From positions 5,146,001 to 5,210,000 of the forward strand of contig OZ024758.1 of assembly GCA_964016885.1 (NCBI GenBank): a stretch of DNA of 64,000 nt, given 5' to 3'. This document shows positions 1 through 12,988 of this stretch, piece by piece. Source of the stretch: Eledone cirrhosa (lineage: Eukaryota). The number at the start of each line of letters is the position of its first letter. Position 1 is the stretch's first letter. The notes beneath the pieces are model-generated. The model saw only the letters and a list, made by a program, of their open reading frames with translations, was not told where the DNA came from and searched no databases. Position numbers and translations under genes: made by a program.

Positions 1-746
1 CGTACCGCCTTTCTACACAAATATGACACAGAATATGACGGACAATTTTCTTGTTGATTTCTGGAAGAAACAAAATGGAGTGTCCATTAGTTTAATTACA
101 GCTAATGAAATGTATATAATACTACACTGATGCTGTCAGTTTATAAATGTCTTGATTTTAAATCCATTTTACATGGAATTGATGAAAGGTGATAATTATA
201 TAAGAACAGGTAAATGTTTTTTTTTATTAATGTAATTGAAATAAGCAGGAAACAAATAAGATTTTATGGAGCCAATTAAGATCATTTGTTTAATCTTCTA
301 TCACAATTTCTAAACAACAGCATCGTTGCTTTTCTACATGTTGTGAGATATATTTTAAAATCATTACCAGATGTTCAGTTTTATAATGTTAATTTCCATT
401 TATATAATATTGAATCTGATCATTATTAAGCTGTATGAGTTGTTCATTAATTAAACCAAGCAATATGATTTTCATTTGGTATTTTATAACCATTTACTTC
501 AGTTAATAATTTATTTCTATTGCGGACGCCCACGAACAGTCTTTATGCAATATCAGTTCTAAATTAACCTGTCTCAATTTTGCAGCCTTCGACTGAAGCT
601 TGAACGTCACAAATGTTCTATATTTCTCAAATTTAAAGTTTACATTGAGTCAAATTTAACGTTAATAATTTATCAAATATAACAAAATAGACTTTAGTAT
701 AATAAGAAGCAGTTGGGTGATGGATATTTCCTTTATTTTCTCTTAG

Positions 747-980
747 ACATTATCTCTGTAAATGAAATGTCTATTACTGCTGCTACTACTACTATTGCTA
801 TTACTACTGCTACTATTACTACTGCTACTATTACTACTGCTACTATTACTACTGCTACTATTACTACTGCTACTATTACTACTGCTACTATTACTACTGC
901 TAGTATTACTACTGCTACTATTACTACTGTTATTACTGTTACTACCACTAGTATTACTGCTACTACTACTGCCTCCTTCG
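747..980 (+). CDS. Candidate Thr-rich (mucin-like) internal exon; may be only a microsatellite
   Basis: Pyrimidine tract + AG (tttattttctcttag) ends at 746; 234 nt open (DIISVNEMSITAATTT...TASF); G|gttagg donor at 981; phase 1 at both ends. No homology support. Confidence 0.2.
772..972. repeat. 15-bp unit (ACTACTGCTACTATT)n minisatellite
   Basis: Direct reading of tandem units. Confidence 0.9.
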
Positions 981-1050
981 GTTAGGGCTAACCTGAAGAT
1001 ATCAAAATATCTACGGTATATGGCCACAATATTGAAATGCATTATTTCTA

Positions 1051-1194
1051 GGTGGATTGGCAGTATCGGTAGAGGGTCAGACACCATGCTTTCCAGCATA
1101 GTTACGTCCCTTTACGATCTGAGTTCAAATCCCGCCGAGGTTGACTTTGCCTTTCATCCTTACGGGGTCGATAAAATAAAGTACCAGTAATGCA
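1051..1194 (+). mobile_element. tRNA-derived SINE family A
   Basis: Box A-like TGGCAGTATCGG, box B GAGTTCAAATCCC, body GCCTTTCATCCTTACGGGGTCGATAAAATAAAGTACCAG; about 30 related copies in the window. Confidence 0.9.
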
Positions 1195-1608
1195 TCTTCT
1201 CATAATGCCGTCTCTCTCTGGTTTTCAAATAGGTACCATTCCCCTCACCCCAACATCATCACAATGATTCTATTTAATCGTACTCTGTATTACAACAATA
1301 TTCTGGAATATATTTGGCATTCACGTTTACCGTACGTATTATCTAACTAATTCTATTCCCACATATTCTAGACGTTAATCCAACTTAGGTAAATATTAGT
1401 TTAAGAAGCTATATTAATGTGTTACACTCCATAACTTAGAATATAATCTTTTGTCATAACGTCAAGCAAACTTTGATAAAAATAAAATTCCATTTGTAAG
1501 TCGTAATGTCACCTCCGTATTGTGTATTATTAACAAATATGGAAAGACATGTTTTACTACCGTATTATAAATCGTATCTAAGCAAATGTCATCTGACTTG
1601 TAAATATA

Positions 1609-1690
1609 TAGGGTGAACCAAAACAAAATGCATAAAACTTTTATTAAAATGCTGTTGAAGTGTGTATACATTTTTAGGGGACACTCTGTA
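1609..1690. mobile_element. Short Tc1/mariner-type MITE (diverged)
   Basis: Ends resemble TACAGGGTGTCCC TIR; related to copies at 11212 and 62357. Confidence 0.55.
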
Positions 1691-1839
1691 TGTATTTTTG
1701 CACAAATGTTATTTTTTCTGACATTACCTCGTTGCCAAATTGATTCGCGCTTTTCTTTGTCTTCCCCAGTGTTTGCTCATATCTACTCATGTTCGTTCTC
1801 AAAAATATCTTGTTGAACTGTAGTCTTCGGAAACAGCGA

Positions 1840-2032
1840 TTTTTCTTTTTTTTTCATTTCTTTTCATTTTTTTTTTCCATTTTTTTTCCATTTTTTTATT
1901 TTTTATTTTATTTTCATTTTTTTTTTTCATTTTTTTTTTTCATTTTTTTTTTTCATTTTTTTTTTTTCATTTTTTTTTTTTCATTTCTTTTAACATTTTT
2001 TTTTTTTTTCATTTTTTTTTTTTTTTTTTTTC
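1840..2032. repeat. Poly-T/(TnCA) low-complexity tract
   Basis: Direct reading. Confidence 0.9.
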
Positions 2033-2717
2033 TAGTTTTATTAAACCACTGATTCGTCTCTACAAAAAAACAAACATAGTTGCAAAATATCCCTGAATGT
2101 GGTCTGCGCTGACAAACATGACAGCATTGAGTCCGCACAGAGAGATTGAAACTGTCAATTTAAAAATTTTTCAGAACGTATTTGCATTTTATCCTAAGAA
2201 CCAAAATTTTTATTCATTTAAAATTTCGTATTCAATTGTATATCTGCGTCGTTGAGAGGAGGGATGGCCTCACTGGGGTATGAGAGATGAGAGGATCATT
2301 ATAACTCAAACACAAATTCTGAGAACAATCTTATGACTTGATACTTCATGACATGTACATTATCTATGATAGTATCTATGATTAACTGGGGGATGTCTAA
2401 AAACATCTGACTGATAAAATGATAAGTCAGTCAATCATATTGGTGGCCTCCCCCACAGCCCCGCCACACATTGTGTCTATCCTATTGTGTGCAAGATATT
2501 AGCTTGATAACTATGGATGAGGAAACTCTGATCTTATGCCACTAGGATAAAACCTTCTTTCATTTCAGTGGTATTTGCTATTGACATAATTCAATTAAAA
2601 TGAATTCTCTGTTAAATGAAAGAAATACTAAAATATCTATTATACTGAGCAATTGGTCAGTAAAGTCATTTCTCGATACATTTGATTGCAACTGTTGTAA
2701 CTATAATATATAGATAT

Positions 2718-2916
2718 GGTAAGGTAAAGGGTAAAGACCCTATTCAGTCACGAATGACCATGAGATTTGCACCTAGAAAGTTTCCCTACGAGGCACAAGT
2801 CCGGAAAGGTTGTTTGAGGAAGACCAGTAGTTGCACTTGCATACCAGCCTCTCCTCTCCACTTTCCTAGAGAAAGGCAATGGCCGATACAGCTTGGTGGC
2901 ACCAGTGACGCCTCAA
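2718..2916 (-). mobile_element. 3' part of SINE family C with (ACCTTT)-like tail
   Basis: Homologous to 49056-49250; the minus strand ends in CCTTTACCTTACC. Confidence 0.7.
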
Positions 2917-3186
2917 GATATATATATATATATAGTAATAATAATAAATTTGAAGACTAAAATCCAAAGAGGCACGATAAGGATAAATATATATCAAACA
3001 TATAAGAACCATAGAGCAAATATTTATTAAAATAACAGATTAAAGTTTAAGCAAAGAATCGCTGCTTTCACCCTTAACGGGATCTTCTGAAGTTAACAAA
3101 GTCAATCTGTAAACGCAGAAGTGAATATTTCAAAAAACGTTGCAACCGGAGGAAGACAGGAAGATGATACTTTGGTTCGTGGAAAC

Positions 3187-3450
3187 GTTCCCTGGCAAAG
3201 AACGGGAAAAAACGAATATAATACGTCATTAATGGGAGCGGTGAAAAACAATTACACGCAAAGACAGAACTACGTTTATGGTATAAAAGAAGTCGTAGAC
3301 TAATATTCTCTTAGGTGGTTCATACAGACGTTCTCTGGCAATGAACGGAAAAAACGAAGATAATACGTCAGATGTGGAGCGTGGAGAACAATTGCACGCA
3401 AAGAGAAAACCACGTATATGGTATAACTGAAGTCGTAGACTAAAATTCTA
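3187..3450. repeat. Diverged direct duplication of about 140 bp
   Basis: cgttc.ctggcaa.gaacgg...gaagtcgtagactaa occurs at about 3187-3308 and 3329-3449. Confidence 0.8.
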
Positions 3451-3482
3451 ACTAGGAAACTGAATGATTCTCCGCTTTAGAG

Positions 3483-3530
<48 letters not shown>

Positions 3531-5286
3531 AATTCTATGATATTGTAGTTCTACTAGAAATATGATTTCATGTGATACTATCTGTAAGTAATATTAACAT
3601 ATCTGAACTTCTGGCTATCAATAAATCGATAGATCATTAGTATGAAAAAAAATTTTTTTTTCAGATTTTTGTTTTTCTCTTCTAGTTCATGTGTAGCAGT
3701 TATCTCAATACTGGAGTGCAGAAATATAGATGTTTACTGGTGTTTTAGTATATGCTCTGAACACTTCATTCTCACGATAAACTGATGTGGAAAAACATAA
3801 ATCATATTCCAGATATATAGATTATCAAAAATGACTTTGCGATAAATCCAAGTACTAAGCGTGATTATGAGTAATAGTATTGATTTCAGAATTGGTGACG
3901 TCTTGTTATTGAAACAGTCTTATACGTTTACCAATGAAAGAATATTTCTCAAAGCAAGACCATATTGAATACTTATTGAAAAATCTCTCAAATAAAAATA
4001 GCAGATGGATATGTTCTTGGTTTTTATTTTTATTTTTTTTTATTTTTTAATCGAAACATTCCAATAAGTTTATTGAACTTAAACATAATAACAGCTATAT
4101 TTTCTTGTCTCTATTTTAGATGAAGACAATCTCATTAAAAGAATTATGTTAGGAAAAAACTCATGTATTCCTCGTCTTTCTAATCTAAAAACTATATCAA
4201 TATGACATGCAGTATTGTGTAACGTTATAAAATGTTAATAATGTAGCAATTATCAGTTCTATTATAATGACTTGACTACTCGTATATATTACATAAAATT
4301 GTAATTTTTTTTCCCGTCTATTTTAATTATACTTTGGACAAAAGTCTTATATTACATCTGGCGTCTTTTAACATGTGGAACGACAAAGATATCTTCAGAA
4401 AGATGGAAGTGGATAATATCCACCGAATGACTACAATATATTGTCTAAAAATATAGTGCAATTTATTTCACTTTAGTAAGAAATACATTAATATTTATTG
4501 TGCTTTGCTATATATTTTCCTTCATAATTTGAATATAACCGGAAGATATAACATCTTCAGGTTTCAAATATTCTCTATAGAATGTACAATACACCACTAG
4601 TGAAACCCCAGTGGAACAAAAGTATACAAGAGCTGTTAAAAGCGCGGCTGGATTCCTTAGTGTCAACGGACATGCACCTCAGCTGTGGGTTAAATAGTCT
4701 CACTAAGCTGCAATTGTCCAAACGTGATGAGTATGGCTACACCTCTGAAGACGGTCAGAGGAGCAACTAAAACAAGAACTGTCTCGATAGCCTTGTTGAT
4801 TTTCATGAAGGAATTCTTTAATCATGTCTCGCATTAAAGACAAATTTAGGCTCTTTTTGACTTTAGTGTGCAGCCGACATTGCTGGAATAACTATTCCAT
4901 CTAAACTAGGATTCGTTTTGCTTCTTTCCTTGCTTCTGCAATGGAAGGGATATAATCCATGACTGCGCGGAATTTTGCGAGAACCCGGTGTTCTATCTTT
5001 ACTCTTTCCGATCTGAACAGCTTTTTACTATAGTAAGTACCCCCTCCATGGCCACCACGAAGAGCAATGAGGAAATGGGGCAACCTATCTTTCGTTGCTA
5101 CTTATCCAAGACATTACGTCAAAAAATCCCTTTCGTGTTTTGGAATGTGAAAACATCTAATACTTTATGTATCAGTGCATAGAGAACAGATCTGTTTACA
5201 TTTGCTGAGCCAATTTTAATAGTCATGTACCTTGTTTCATACTACATTAAACTGGTCAATGTATTGATTGAATATTAGTTATTTAA

Positions 5287-5582
5287 CCCTTTAGTATTTA
5301 CATTACTCTATATATACTATTATATTTTCATATTAAAGGCTTTACCTCACATAATTATCTTACATAACATTTACATTACTCTATATTTACTATTGTATTT
5401 TCATGGTAAAGACTTTACCTCACATAATTATTTCACATAATATCGAATCTGAGATTTTAATATTGTTTATTTTGAGAACAATACTCTAACATCAGTATAA
5501 GTGGCCGACTATGGCCGGTTTGAACAGAGGGGTGCGAGAATTCTGGCCGGATACAGCTGGTTTAAATTTAAAGGCTAAAGGG
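5287..5582. mobile_element. piggyBac-type MITE
   Basis: TTAA|CCCTTTAG ... CTAAAGGG|TTAA termini with TTAA duplication; homologues at 50999-51429 and 52700-52817. Confidence 0.8.
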
Positions 5583-5654
5583 TTAAAAAGCCATGTTCTA
5601 ATTATAATTCAGTTCGTTAGCCCACATTTTTCAAATCAGGTATATACAATTATA

Positions 5655-5763
5655 ATTGTTTCTATATTTGGCTCGAGGCCAGCAAATACCCAGTGCATTA
5701 CTGGTACTTTTTTATCGACCCCACAAGGATGAAAGGCAAAGTTAACCTTGGCGGGATTTGAAC
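5655..5763 (-). mobile_element. SINE family A (5'-truncated, inside a fold-back)
   Basis: Reverse complement of the family A body and tail. Confidence 0.85.
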
Positions 5764-6090
5764 TTTCATCCTTATAGGGTCGATAAAATAAAGCACTGTG
5801 ATAATTATAATTGTATATACCTGATTTGAAAAATAATTATATTGGGAGGTATTTAGATAAATATAAACATTTTTAAACAAACAGTTTTATATCATATAAT
5901 CAGAAGTTGAATAGATTATTTTGTTATTGATTATTGATCAAATATGTTAACCAATCAAATATGTTAACCAATTCTGTGTGAATTTGATGTTGTTTTGTTA
6001 TTCAATTGGTCAGTGGTTTATTGTAGTGAGTTTGGTCGGTTTCAAATATCAATTATTGATTAAGAACAGTGGTGGTAATAGTATAGTAGT

Positions 6091-6240
6091 GTCAGAACAC
6101 GGAAGAGCCGAACTCCCACCGTCATCGCCCCCATCTCTTCCGCCCTCCCCATCTCTCTGTATAGTGAGCAAATGGGGTCGCACGTGCTAGCCGCCCCACA
6201 GCCTCGGCGGACAGAATGGAGAAGGCGTTTCCCGGAAGAG
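6091..6240 (-). mobile_element. CRE-clade LINE 3' end fragment
   Basis: Homologous to the distal part of 50429-50995, with the same terminus (gtc.gaacac). Confidence 0.7.
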
Positions 6241-6800
6241 TCGGTCTATCTCGCATCGGCTATATTATAATTTTATTGTTGTTCAATATATTTATTGCTG
6301 TTCAATATATTTCTTACATTTACCTCAGACATTTACCTCAACTAAATCGGTTTCGAGCCTTTTAAGAAAAATAATTTAACTATAAAAAAAAACTAACTAC
6401 AATTTCTTTTAGCTTACATCATCTACGTTAACAACATGTTCACGTTGGAAAACTTATAAAACTATTTGGGCTCAATCGACACATCTAAACCTCTAAAGTA
6501 ATTCATCTTCGATACAAAACTAATCGATATTTCAGATTCTTTTGTGTAAGAATGTTGATGTTGGAAAGTTATTCAGGATAAAGACAAGCTTCTTTTTTTT
6601 TTTTTTTTTTCAGCTGTATAGTATATCTACATTTGGTATCTTTTGCCGCAAATAGTTATGGCTTAAATATCTCCTTGACAATTCCTACATAAATCCAGAA
6701 AACCTTTGATCAGGTCACATATATATCCCAGATTATTCTAGCTTTCCATGGATACTATTATACTATATATATATATGTATATATGTGTGTGTTGTATCTT

Positions 6801-6832
<32 letters not shown>

Positions 6833-7624
6833 ATGTATTTGTGTATATCTATATATGATGTAGTTGTTTGTATATCTATATATGATGTAGTTGTTTGTAT
6901 ATCTATATATGATGTAGTTGTGTGTATATATATGTGATGTATTTGTGTGTGCATAAGTTTATATGATGTATTTGTGTGTGTGTGTATGTATGTATGTATG
7001 TATGTGTATATATATATATATGTATTTGTGTATATATATATATATATATATACATACATACATACACACACATATATATGTATCTGTGTGTGTATAAGTT
7101 TATATGATGTATTTGTGTGTGTGTATGTATATATATATGTATGTATTTGTGTGTGTGTATATATATATATATAATGTATTTGCGTAATATTATAAGACAT
7201 TAGTGATATAAAAGACATCTATAATAAATGAGTATTTTGCATTATGGAAGTTTGTCTTTGCCAGAAAATAGTTATTACTTTGTGTAAACATGAGCCATTC
7301 TGATATTAGTTTTACAGTAACATATAATCATATTTGGATATCATATATGGAAGAGAATTTAGAAGCGTGAAATATAGAACATGGTCAAAGGATTTATAAA
7401 ATATAAGAAATATTATGATAAATGTATTTGTTTCTTTATCGATGGATAATCTGAAAGAATATAACATTTTGTATTTCCTTGCATCTAAGACTACTTTTAT
7501 GCAAGAAAGGCAATAAAGAGCTATTTTGGTGAATATATAGCCTCGTTGCCAGTCGCTAGAACCGACCAGATCTACCAGAGCCCTCAGTCGCTGGTTGTCC
7601 TGTGCCAGCCGTTTACAATTGGTA

Positions 7625-7818
7625 TAATTGTTTCTACTTTTGACACAAGGCCAGCAATTACCCCAGTGCATTACTGGTACTTTATTTTACCGACCCCGTA
7701 AGGATGAAAGGCAAAGTTAACCTCGGCAGGCAGGATTTGAACTCAGATCGTATAGGGCCGTAACTCTATGCTGCAAAAGATGGCGTCATATTCTCTACCG
7801 ATACTCTCAATCCACCGC
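7625..7818 (-). mobile_element. SINE family A, full length
   Basis: Complete reverse-complement copy with A/B boxes. Confidence 0.9.
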
Positions 7819-8265
7819 TCGGAATCCATCATCAATCCATCATCAGAATTTAAAGCAATCCCCAATAAAGAATTATTTTTGTAAATCGAACTAATCGATT
7901 AAGTAAACTGACACCAGCTAATAACTCAATTGATCCCGTCAGGTATATTGATCTCTCTTTCTGTCCACACAAAGAGAAATAAAATATATGTTTACAATAT
8001 TCCCAAGATAGTGAAAGGCCTCACAAATGTTACAAATGAAGGTTTACCCTACACTATACTTCACGCACGCACGCACGCACGCACGCTCGCTTGCTCGCTC
8101 CCTCTCTCCCTCTCTCCCTCTCCCCCCTCCCTCTCTCCCCCCCCTCTCTCTCTCTCTTAGATAGATAAGCAGACATACAGACAGACACTTTCCATTCAAT
8201 CAATTTAGTTTATACGATAAAATGTTTCTATATCTGGATACATATCTTCACACATAAATAGATAT

Positions 8266-8301
<36 letters not shown>

Positions 8302-8578
8302 ATACCTGATATATATATACACCTGATGTACCCCTTCCATACACATGCACACACGTGTATATCATGACTCGTGCACTGTTCATTTTCCTGACGTTTGTAC
8401 ATTACCCTATGTACTATATATACACTTTTTGATGAGTTGTAGTGCACCTGAGCACTGTACACAATATTTTCATTATTATATATATATATACTAGTTTCTG
8501 TATGTATGATGAATATATATACATATATATATAGTGACGAAACATAAGTCAATTGCATGAACTCATAATCCTTTATTT

Positions 8579-8634
8579 ACTGCTATATATATTTCGATGA
8601 TAGCCATTGAATGGCTATGACCTCATCAGGCAGT
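8579..8634 (-). ncRNA. Minimal type I hammerhead ribozyme (PLE-type)
   Basis: Minus strand reads ACTGC-CTGATGA-GGTCATAGCCATTCAATGGCTATCATC-GAAA-TATATA-TA-GCAGT: intact core, helix I ACTGC/GCAGT, long helix II, 2-bp helix III with palindromic ATAT loop, AATAAA downstream. Confidence 0.8.
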
Positions 8635-8736
8635 TAGTCAGTTCTTAAATATGCCAGCTCTGTGTTTATAGTGTTGATGGTATCAGAGCCTTGGGACATT
8701 ATATATATATATATATATATTCATCACACACACGCA

Positions 8737-8773
<37 letters not shown>

Positions 8774-8864
8774 TAGTTTCTGTATGTATGATGAATATAT
8801 ATTCATCACACACACACACATATGTGTGTGTGTGTGTATACATATATATATTTGTGAATGTGTT

Positions 8865-8934
<70 letters not shown>

Positions 8935-10489
8935 TATATCCATTCATTCATCCATCCATTGTCCTATTTGCCATTGGACTCGTGATATTTTCTTCCTATA
9001 TAGCTGTAATTGAATTCTTCATCCATCATCTATTTCTAGCTTATTTCAGCAGTTCACTTCTAGGTACATTTATCTTGTATAAACGCTGGCTTCTCCTTTA
9101 CCGCGTTAACTCTAAGTGATAATAAAGCAATCTGGAATATCGACTGGCTTAGCAATCGAAGAAAATAAAGAGAGAGGATTTCTAAATATGATTTTACGAT
9201 TCACTGGAATCAGGTGGCTTATGATCGTGAGATAATTATATCACATCGAGTTGTTATTTTATGTACCCAGGAAGGGGAGGGGTGTAGATGGTGTGTGTTA
9301 GTCTGTGTCTGTGACTGTGTGTGCATATATGCATGTGTGTGTGCGCGCGTATGTGTATGCGTATATGCAGGTTGTGTGCGTATATGTCTGCGTGCGCGTG
9401 TATGTATGTGCGTATGTATGTGCGAGCACGTGTATATGTGTGTCCGTATTTGTGTTTGCGTATATGTGTGTATGCATGTGTCTGTATTTGTATTTGCGAA
9501 TGTGCATATGTGTGTATTCATGTGTGTAAGCGTATATACATGTGTGTGTGTATTTACGGGTCGTCGGTGACTAAACGCAACCCCACTAAGTTTGCTTGGT
9601 GAGGAGGGGGATTTTGGACATCCTGCAGGACAAAAAACAAAACCTGACAAAGGGCGGAAGAACTCAACGGTCTTCCAAAAAATGTGTAAACATGTATGTA
9701 CATGTGTATATATGTACGTATGTATATATGCATATGTATGTATATATGCGCGGGGAAATAGAAATAATCGGGCTGGATACCCGATCGTGCGGATAAACCA
9801 CTGCGAGTGAAGGACCCCTAGCCTTTGTCAGGGCATTTTTCTAGAAGGCAACAGAAGAAACTGGGATAATTCTGACATAAAACCTGCGGCGCATTAGTTA
9901 CCGATTATGTTGATCTTTTCTGTTTTGGGGTTATAGGTACTGTCGCCCAGGGAGTGGGATTGGCTCAGTGCACAATCTTTCCTTACTTTAAAAAAATCGC
10001 CACGCACAGGCATTTCACTCTCTCGGTGTAGGACTAGTTTTCTCCGAAGTGACCTCTACCAGTAATAATTTTCAAAAGAGGAAATTATATATATATATCA
10101 ACTCGTGTGTTACTTTTCTACATTCTCTATATATAGATATATATATATAATCCTTTCGTAACCGCTATCATATCAACTTGATGCCTGCTATCTTGTTAGT
10201 TACTTAAAAGCGTTAAATTTATATTTCTCTTTCTTGAGTTGGTAAGTGAATTTAATCATTTATAATGTATTATATTACATTTAATTTGAAGGTTTTCCAT
10301 GGAGATTTCAATAGATTTAAGATAATCTAAATATACGTTGTTTTGCATGAAATTTCCAAGTGATCTTATATTTCATTATATATCTAATATCTCACTTCTT
10401 TCAAGATTTTAAACAAACGTTTTGCCTCGATCCATAACTTTTATACAAAGCTTTCAAAGTATCCACATTAAATAGATATGATAGCTCTG

Positions 10490-10527
<38 letters not shown>

Positions 10528-10770
10528 GTGTCTGTTTGTGTAAAAGTTAAACAGAAATAACATAGCAAACGACAGTACAATGAAGAAGTGTGTGTGTGTG
10601 TGTGTATGTGTGTGTGTACGCGTGTACGCACGCACGCACGCAAGACTGACAGGAGGAAATGTTCAGCCACACGAATGTTAAGGTATTTAATACATGAATA
10701 TATATGTATATATATATATATATATATGACTTTATGTAAATACACACACAGATATATATATATATATATA

Positions 10771-10859
10771 CCTTCTGACGAGAGTGTATATCTTTTCAAT
10801 GGAGGCAAGGACTATTGATTTGTTTTTGAGACTCGAAACCGTGCATAGTAGGTACAGTG
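10771..10859 (+). ncRNA. Hammerhead-like motif with long helix II; helix I degraded
   Basis: CTGACGA-GAGT...ACTC-GAAA-CC...GG-TA; flanked by (TA)n on both sides. Confidence 0.55.
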
Positions 10860-10907
10860 AATTTTTTGAAATTTATTTTGAAACTTTTTCTTATTTACTA
10901 AACCTTG

Positions 10908-10997
<90 letters not shown>

Positions 10998-11172
10998 CTT
11001 TATATCAATACACACAGATACATATATATACACATATATGACTTTATATCAATTCACACAGAAGCATATATATATATATATATATATATATGACTTTATA
11101 TAAATACACACAGATATATAGATATATATATATACACATATATGACTTTATATAAACACACACACACACATA

Positions 11173-11211
<39 letters not shown>

Positions 11212-11214
<3 letters not shown>

Positions 11215-11314
11215 GTGTCCCCCAAAAATGCATACACACTTTGATTATCTGTACAGGCAATATTTATTAGAATGCAGTTGAAGTGTATATACATATTTTG
11301 GTGGGGACATCTTA
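11212..11314. mobile_element. Short Tc1/mariner-type MITE
   Basis: Imperfect TIRs gtgtcccccaaaaatg / catattttggtggggacatc; matches 62357-62462. Confidence 0.7.
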
Positions 11315-11327
11315 TATATATATATAT

Positions 11328-11367
<40 letters not shown>

Positions 11368-12491
11368 GTTCTCAAATATAGATAGGATGATCGATGCATA
11401 TTGAAGTGAAGCTAGATGCAATAAAGTGTACCAAATAAAACAAAGTATATCAACATTAATATCCTTTAGAAATTGAAAGACGTATTTATTTGACAATCAA
11501 TATTATTTCAGGAGCAACATATATCTCGATAAGTATTCTTCTACTTTGATTTGCCTTAAAGGATTTATAGAACCAGAGCTACAGAATTGATATATACTTT
11601 TTCTTATATACATGGATAATTAAACATTGCTATATCTACTTTTATTATGTATTGAGAAAATATCCTTTGAATACAATACAATGTGCTTTAATGGTATTTA
11701 TATAATAATAATAATGATAATAATGAGGATTATGTTCCTTATTTGAATTTTGCTTAACTCCATTTTGTTTTTAATAAATAAATGCTTTGCTGTAAATATG
11801 GAATATAGTTTTCATTTTTGCAAATAGCTATTAAACGTGTGGTGTTTGGCAAGAATGTCTGTCAAATTGTAAACATTATTTCAGACTTTTTCTTGATAAA
11901 CATTTTTAACGTGAGCTGAATATTAGTTTTAGAATCTATTAAACTATAAGGATTCTATTTGAAGCCTTATATATTAAATTCATAATATTTGTGCGAGGAA
12001 TTTTAACTACTCTTGAAATTTATGAAAATCTTGGGGTTTCATTAAAAAGAAAATCTAAATTACTTTTTCCATTTCCTTCATTGAGTTGAAATCTCAAATT
12101 CAGCTTAGGAGGAAATAAATGTAATTTATAGTAATAACATTAAAATATGGAGACGAAACGAAATATAATAAAATTAATAATATTAATATAAATAGCCAAG
12201 CCATAAGATAAGATGGTTTGGTAAAGCTTTACGTTAGACTTAAGTGTTTGTTTCAAAAATAACAACCAAAACCAATTAGATGCCAAGCAGGAAAGTAAAC
12301 ATTACTGAATCTTATATAAGCTTTTGAGATAAAATGAAATAAAATGAAATAATTATATAGAATACTTTCCTGCTACTTGACTTTTAAATACAAACAAAAT
12401 TACTTAGGTATTTCTCCATAATTTTAAGTTAGTATTTCTATGAAGGTAAATGTATTCATAAACTATTTACTTCTCCGTTATCTGAATACAA

Positions 12492-12714
12492 GGCGGTGGA
12501 TTTGGGAGTATAATTGGTAGAGCGACGTATATCATGCTTTGCAGTATATAGTTATGGCCTTTTATGTTCTGAGTTCAAATCCCACCGAAGCTAGCTTTGT
12601 CTTTTATCCTTCTGGGTTCGATAAAATGAAGTACCAGTAATGCATTGTGTTCGATTTAATCGACTTTCCCTTCCCCCAAAACCGTTGGTCTTGTACCTAA
12701 ATCAGAAACGGTTA
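12492..12714 (+). mobile_element. SINE family A (diverged)
   Basis: A/B boxes and body recognisable. Confidence 0.85.
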
Positions 12715-12919
12715 TCTGAATTTCTGTCTAGATTTACCAGCACACATAATACAAAGATACTGACAGTTATAGTGGTGGTGGTGGTGGTGGTGCACCTTGG
12801 TAGACTTAATCTGTTGCCTGGTTTAACACCATCACCTGGTCCTTAAGTAGAATATACTCTGTTATATGACCAACATGTGACTGAACTTTATAGATAATAA
12901 ACACAACCACAAAGTTATG

Positions 12920-12988
12920 GTCCGAACACGGAAGAGCCGAACTCCCACTGTCATCGCCTCCATCTCTCTCGACCTCCTCATCTCTCTG
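12920..12988 (-). mobile_element. CRE-clade LINE 3' UTR fragment
   Basis: gtccgaacacggaagagccgaactccc terminus shared with other copies. Confidence 0.65.

Noticed and set aside
4741-4793. HHR-like CTGAAGA-cggt...act-AAAA-c...GTC
   Set aside because: GAAA is absent and helices I and III barely pair; too weak to call.
4947-5038. Open segment ending at a strong GTAAGT donor
   Set aside because: No clear acceptor, partner exon or recognisable protein motif.
9555-10060. GC-richer block, possibly a LINE 5' UTR
   Set aside because: Single copy in the window with no diagnostic motif; cannot be classified by eye.
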